A DNA stretch of 64,000 bases, from NCBI GenBank assembly GCA_963842885.1, contig CAWJIE010000004.1, positions 256,001 to 320,000 of the forward strand, in the 5' to 3' direction. The stretch's first letter is position 1; each line of letters starts with the position of its first letter. The notes beneath the pieces are model-generated. The model saw only the letters and a list, made by a program, of their open reading frames with translations. It was not told the origin of the DNA and did no database searches. Below, piece by piece: positions 62,251 through 64,000 of this stretch. A program made the position numbers and the translations under genes. The stretch comes from an uncultured Nitrososphaerota archaeon (GTDB taxonomy: Archaea > Thermoproteota > Nitrososphaeria > Conexivisphaerales > DTJL01).

Positions 62251-62354
62251 GAACAGGATTTCGAGCATTAGTATCATCTCACACGTGGGATAGATATGTC
62301 TGGTTCTGAACTAACGACATGTGTCAGATTGGATTCTAAGAGCTTCTGAAAAGG

Positions 62355-62467
62355 AGCCCCGGGCGGGATTTGAACCCGCGGTCTCTTCCTCTTTGTATCG
62401 AGTTTACCAAGGAAGCGCATTCGACCGCTATGCTCTCCAGCCTCGGGCACTGACGAGGTACCGGGGC
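62355..62467 (-). tRNA. tRNA-Thr(GGT) with two introns (25 nt at 8/9, 14 nt at 37/38)
   Basis: Removing 62435-62459 and 62391-62404 gives a perfect cloverleaf: GCCCCGG TA GCAT AGCGGTCGA ATGC G CTTCC TTGGTAA GGAAG AGACC GCGGG TTCAAAT CCCGC CCGGGGC T. Confidence 0.9.
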
Positions 62468-62536
62468 CTTCCGGGGCTCTTGAAGCCACGACCCAATGGG
62501 AGTTTTTAAGAATTTCGACCGAGGCTGACCGGGTCG

Positions 62537-64000
62537 TCATTGAATGTGGTGCATACGACGAAGGTCAGGCTCGAACGGCTTCAATTGAGCTGGAACTATT
62601 GTTGAGCTGGGATCCTTCAATGACAGCCCCTGAGACTTTTTGGCGTTCCAAATCCCTGAATCGAAGTCGAGGATTTGTTGTGTAAGATTGACATAATCAG
62701 ATTTGTATTCGAAAGATGGGAAGCTTTGTGAATGCACGCTGGTCAAGCCATACAGCTTCCTCCAGAGATAGTCCGTGATGAAGGGTGTTAGAGGTGCCAT
62801 CAATAGTAATATGTTCTTGAGACCCGTATGCAGGCCGTTCCAAGCTGCTTCCTGCTCTTCTTTGGTTATGCCAGGCCCTCCGTAGGCCCTAGCTTTGACC
62901 ATCTCGACATAGTGGTCGGCGAAGATGTTCCAGCTGAAATATCTGAGATCTAGCGCGGCCTTGCTGAACGTGTAGTTTTCATAGTTGGCGCGTGTTTTGG
63001 CTATGACGGAGGATAGCTCGCTAAACATCCACTCCTCGCTTGGAGTGATAGCCGCGCTCGGCCCTTCTGGAAAGGATGAAATCAGCCTAGAGATGTTCCA
63101 AAGTTTGGTGAGGAACTTCCCGGAGCCCTCAGTCCTCGCGTAAGAGTATTTCACATCCCCCTCTGTAATGTCTCCTTCCAAGAAGACCCAGGCGCGGAAA
63201 GCCTCTGCTCCGTATCGTTTGATGACCTCTTGCGGGTCAATTACGTTGCCCACGCTCTTGCTCATCTTCTCGCCGGACTCGTCGACTACATGATGGTTGA
63301 TCCAAACGTCCTTGAAAGGCGGTTTCTTGAACTGAAGGTACGACTTGAGTACTGTAAAATAGAGCCAGCTCCTGACGATTTCCTTCCCCTGTGGTCTAAG
63401 CGAACAGGGGTAATTCCTGTAGAAGAACTCTTTCTCCCACAGATAGCCAAGGATGTATTGTTGGGTGTTGCTTGAATCGAACCATGTGTCGAAGATCCTT
63501 TCTTCGCCCTTGAACTCGGTCCACCCGCAGCTTGGGCATCTGTCCACGGGGGGCTTCTCCTTCCATGGTCGATAGTACCGGCCGGGAGGAGGAATGATGG
63601 TTTCGCCGCACTTCATGCAATACCAGAGCGGTATCTCCGTCCCGTAGAAACGCCTTCTAGAAAGGACCCAGTCCACCGAGATGCTGTTAATCCAGTCTAT
63701 CAAGAGGTTCTTGCTTTGAGGGGAATGAAATGTCATCAAGTCTGTCAACTTCAGAAGGTCTTCCTTGTATGCGACCTGTTTGAGATAGATTTCCTTGGTG
63801 GGTATGAATTCGATGGGGTTTTTGCTCCGCCAGCAAATCGGTTCTCGGTGGGGAGCTTGTTCGATTTTGACAATCAAGCCATTGGTCTGGAGGTCTTCTA
63901 CTGTTTTCTTGCGAGCTTCCTTGACGGTCAGCCCCGAATAGGGGCCTGCTTCACCTACCATATGCCCATCCTGATCGATGATATACGTTGGAGGGATCGA
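62537..64000 (-). CDS. valS: valyl-tRNA synthetase, C-terminal part (runs off window)
   Basis: WVLSRRRFYGTEIP.W, DTWFDSS, LRPQG.EI...W, KMSKS and anticodon-binding helical domain. Confidence 0.92.
   Translation of the reverse strand, partial: SIPPTYIIDQDGHMVGEAGPYSGLTVKEARKKTVEDLQTNGLIVKIEQAPHREPICWRSKNPIEFIPTKEIYLKQVAYKEDLLKLTDLMTFHSPQSKNLLIDWINSISVDWVLSRRRFYGTEIPLWYCMKCGETIIPPPGRYYRPWKEKPPVDRCPSCGWTEFKGEERIFDTWFDSSNTQQYILGYLWEKEFFYRNYPCSLRPQGKEIVRSWLYFTVLKSYLQFKKPPFKDVWINHHVVDESGEKMSKSVGNVIDPQEVIKRYGAEAFRAWVFLEGDITEGDVKYSYARTEGSGKFLTKLWNISRLISSFPEGPSAAITPSEEWMFSELSSVIAKTRANYENYTFSKAALDLRYFSWNIFADHYVEMVKARAYGGPGITKEEQEAAWNGLHTGLKNILLLMAPLTPFITDYLWRKLYGLTSVHSQSFPSFEYKSDYVNLTQQILDFDSGIWNAKKSQGLSLKDPSSTIVPAQLKPFEPDLRRMHHIQ

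Noticed and set aside
1-64000. CRISPR arrays, rRNA genes, IS elements, provirus
   Set aside because: No regularly spaced direct repeats, rRNA signatures, transposase, integrase or viral structural genes were seen by eye.

Overview
Archaeal chromosomal DNA of roughly 55% GC (judged by eye), TACK/Thermoproteota-like. A eukaryote-type topoisomerase IB, dnaK-dnaJ-grpE and the srp54-pus10-rpl21e-rpo4-DUF655-rsmA block point to a Nitrososphaerota/Bathyarchaeia-type lineage (inference). The window starts inside the RNase P RNA and ends inside valS. It contains iorAB, a DAP-type lysine operon without dapF, ABC/MFS/MscS transporters, an m4C DNA methyltransferase, peroxiredoxins, a UPF0182-like surface protein, chaperones, TopIB and TopIA, a translation/transcription gene block, an E1-SAMP-E1 cluster and four tRNAs. 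About a dozen genes, several of them essential, carry single-base frameshifts, most likely assembly indels. The strongest novelty candidates are: (1) a tRNA-Thr(GGU) with two introns, one at the very unusual position 8/9 with full bulge-helix-bulge geometry; (2) a tRNA-Thr(UGU) with a rewired elbow (A18, T-loop AGCGAAG); (3) two apparent pseudo-enzymes in the translation block, a Pus10 lacking its catalytic Asp and a DRG/TGS protein lacking GTPase motifs; (4) tandem E1 paralogs flanking one ubiquitin-like sulfur carrier. No CRISPR array, rRNA, integrase or transposase was seen. All calls come from reading motifs by eye; no searches were run.
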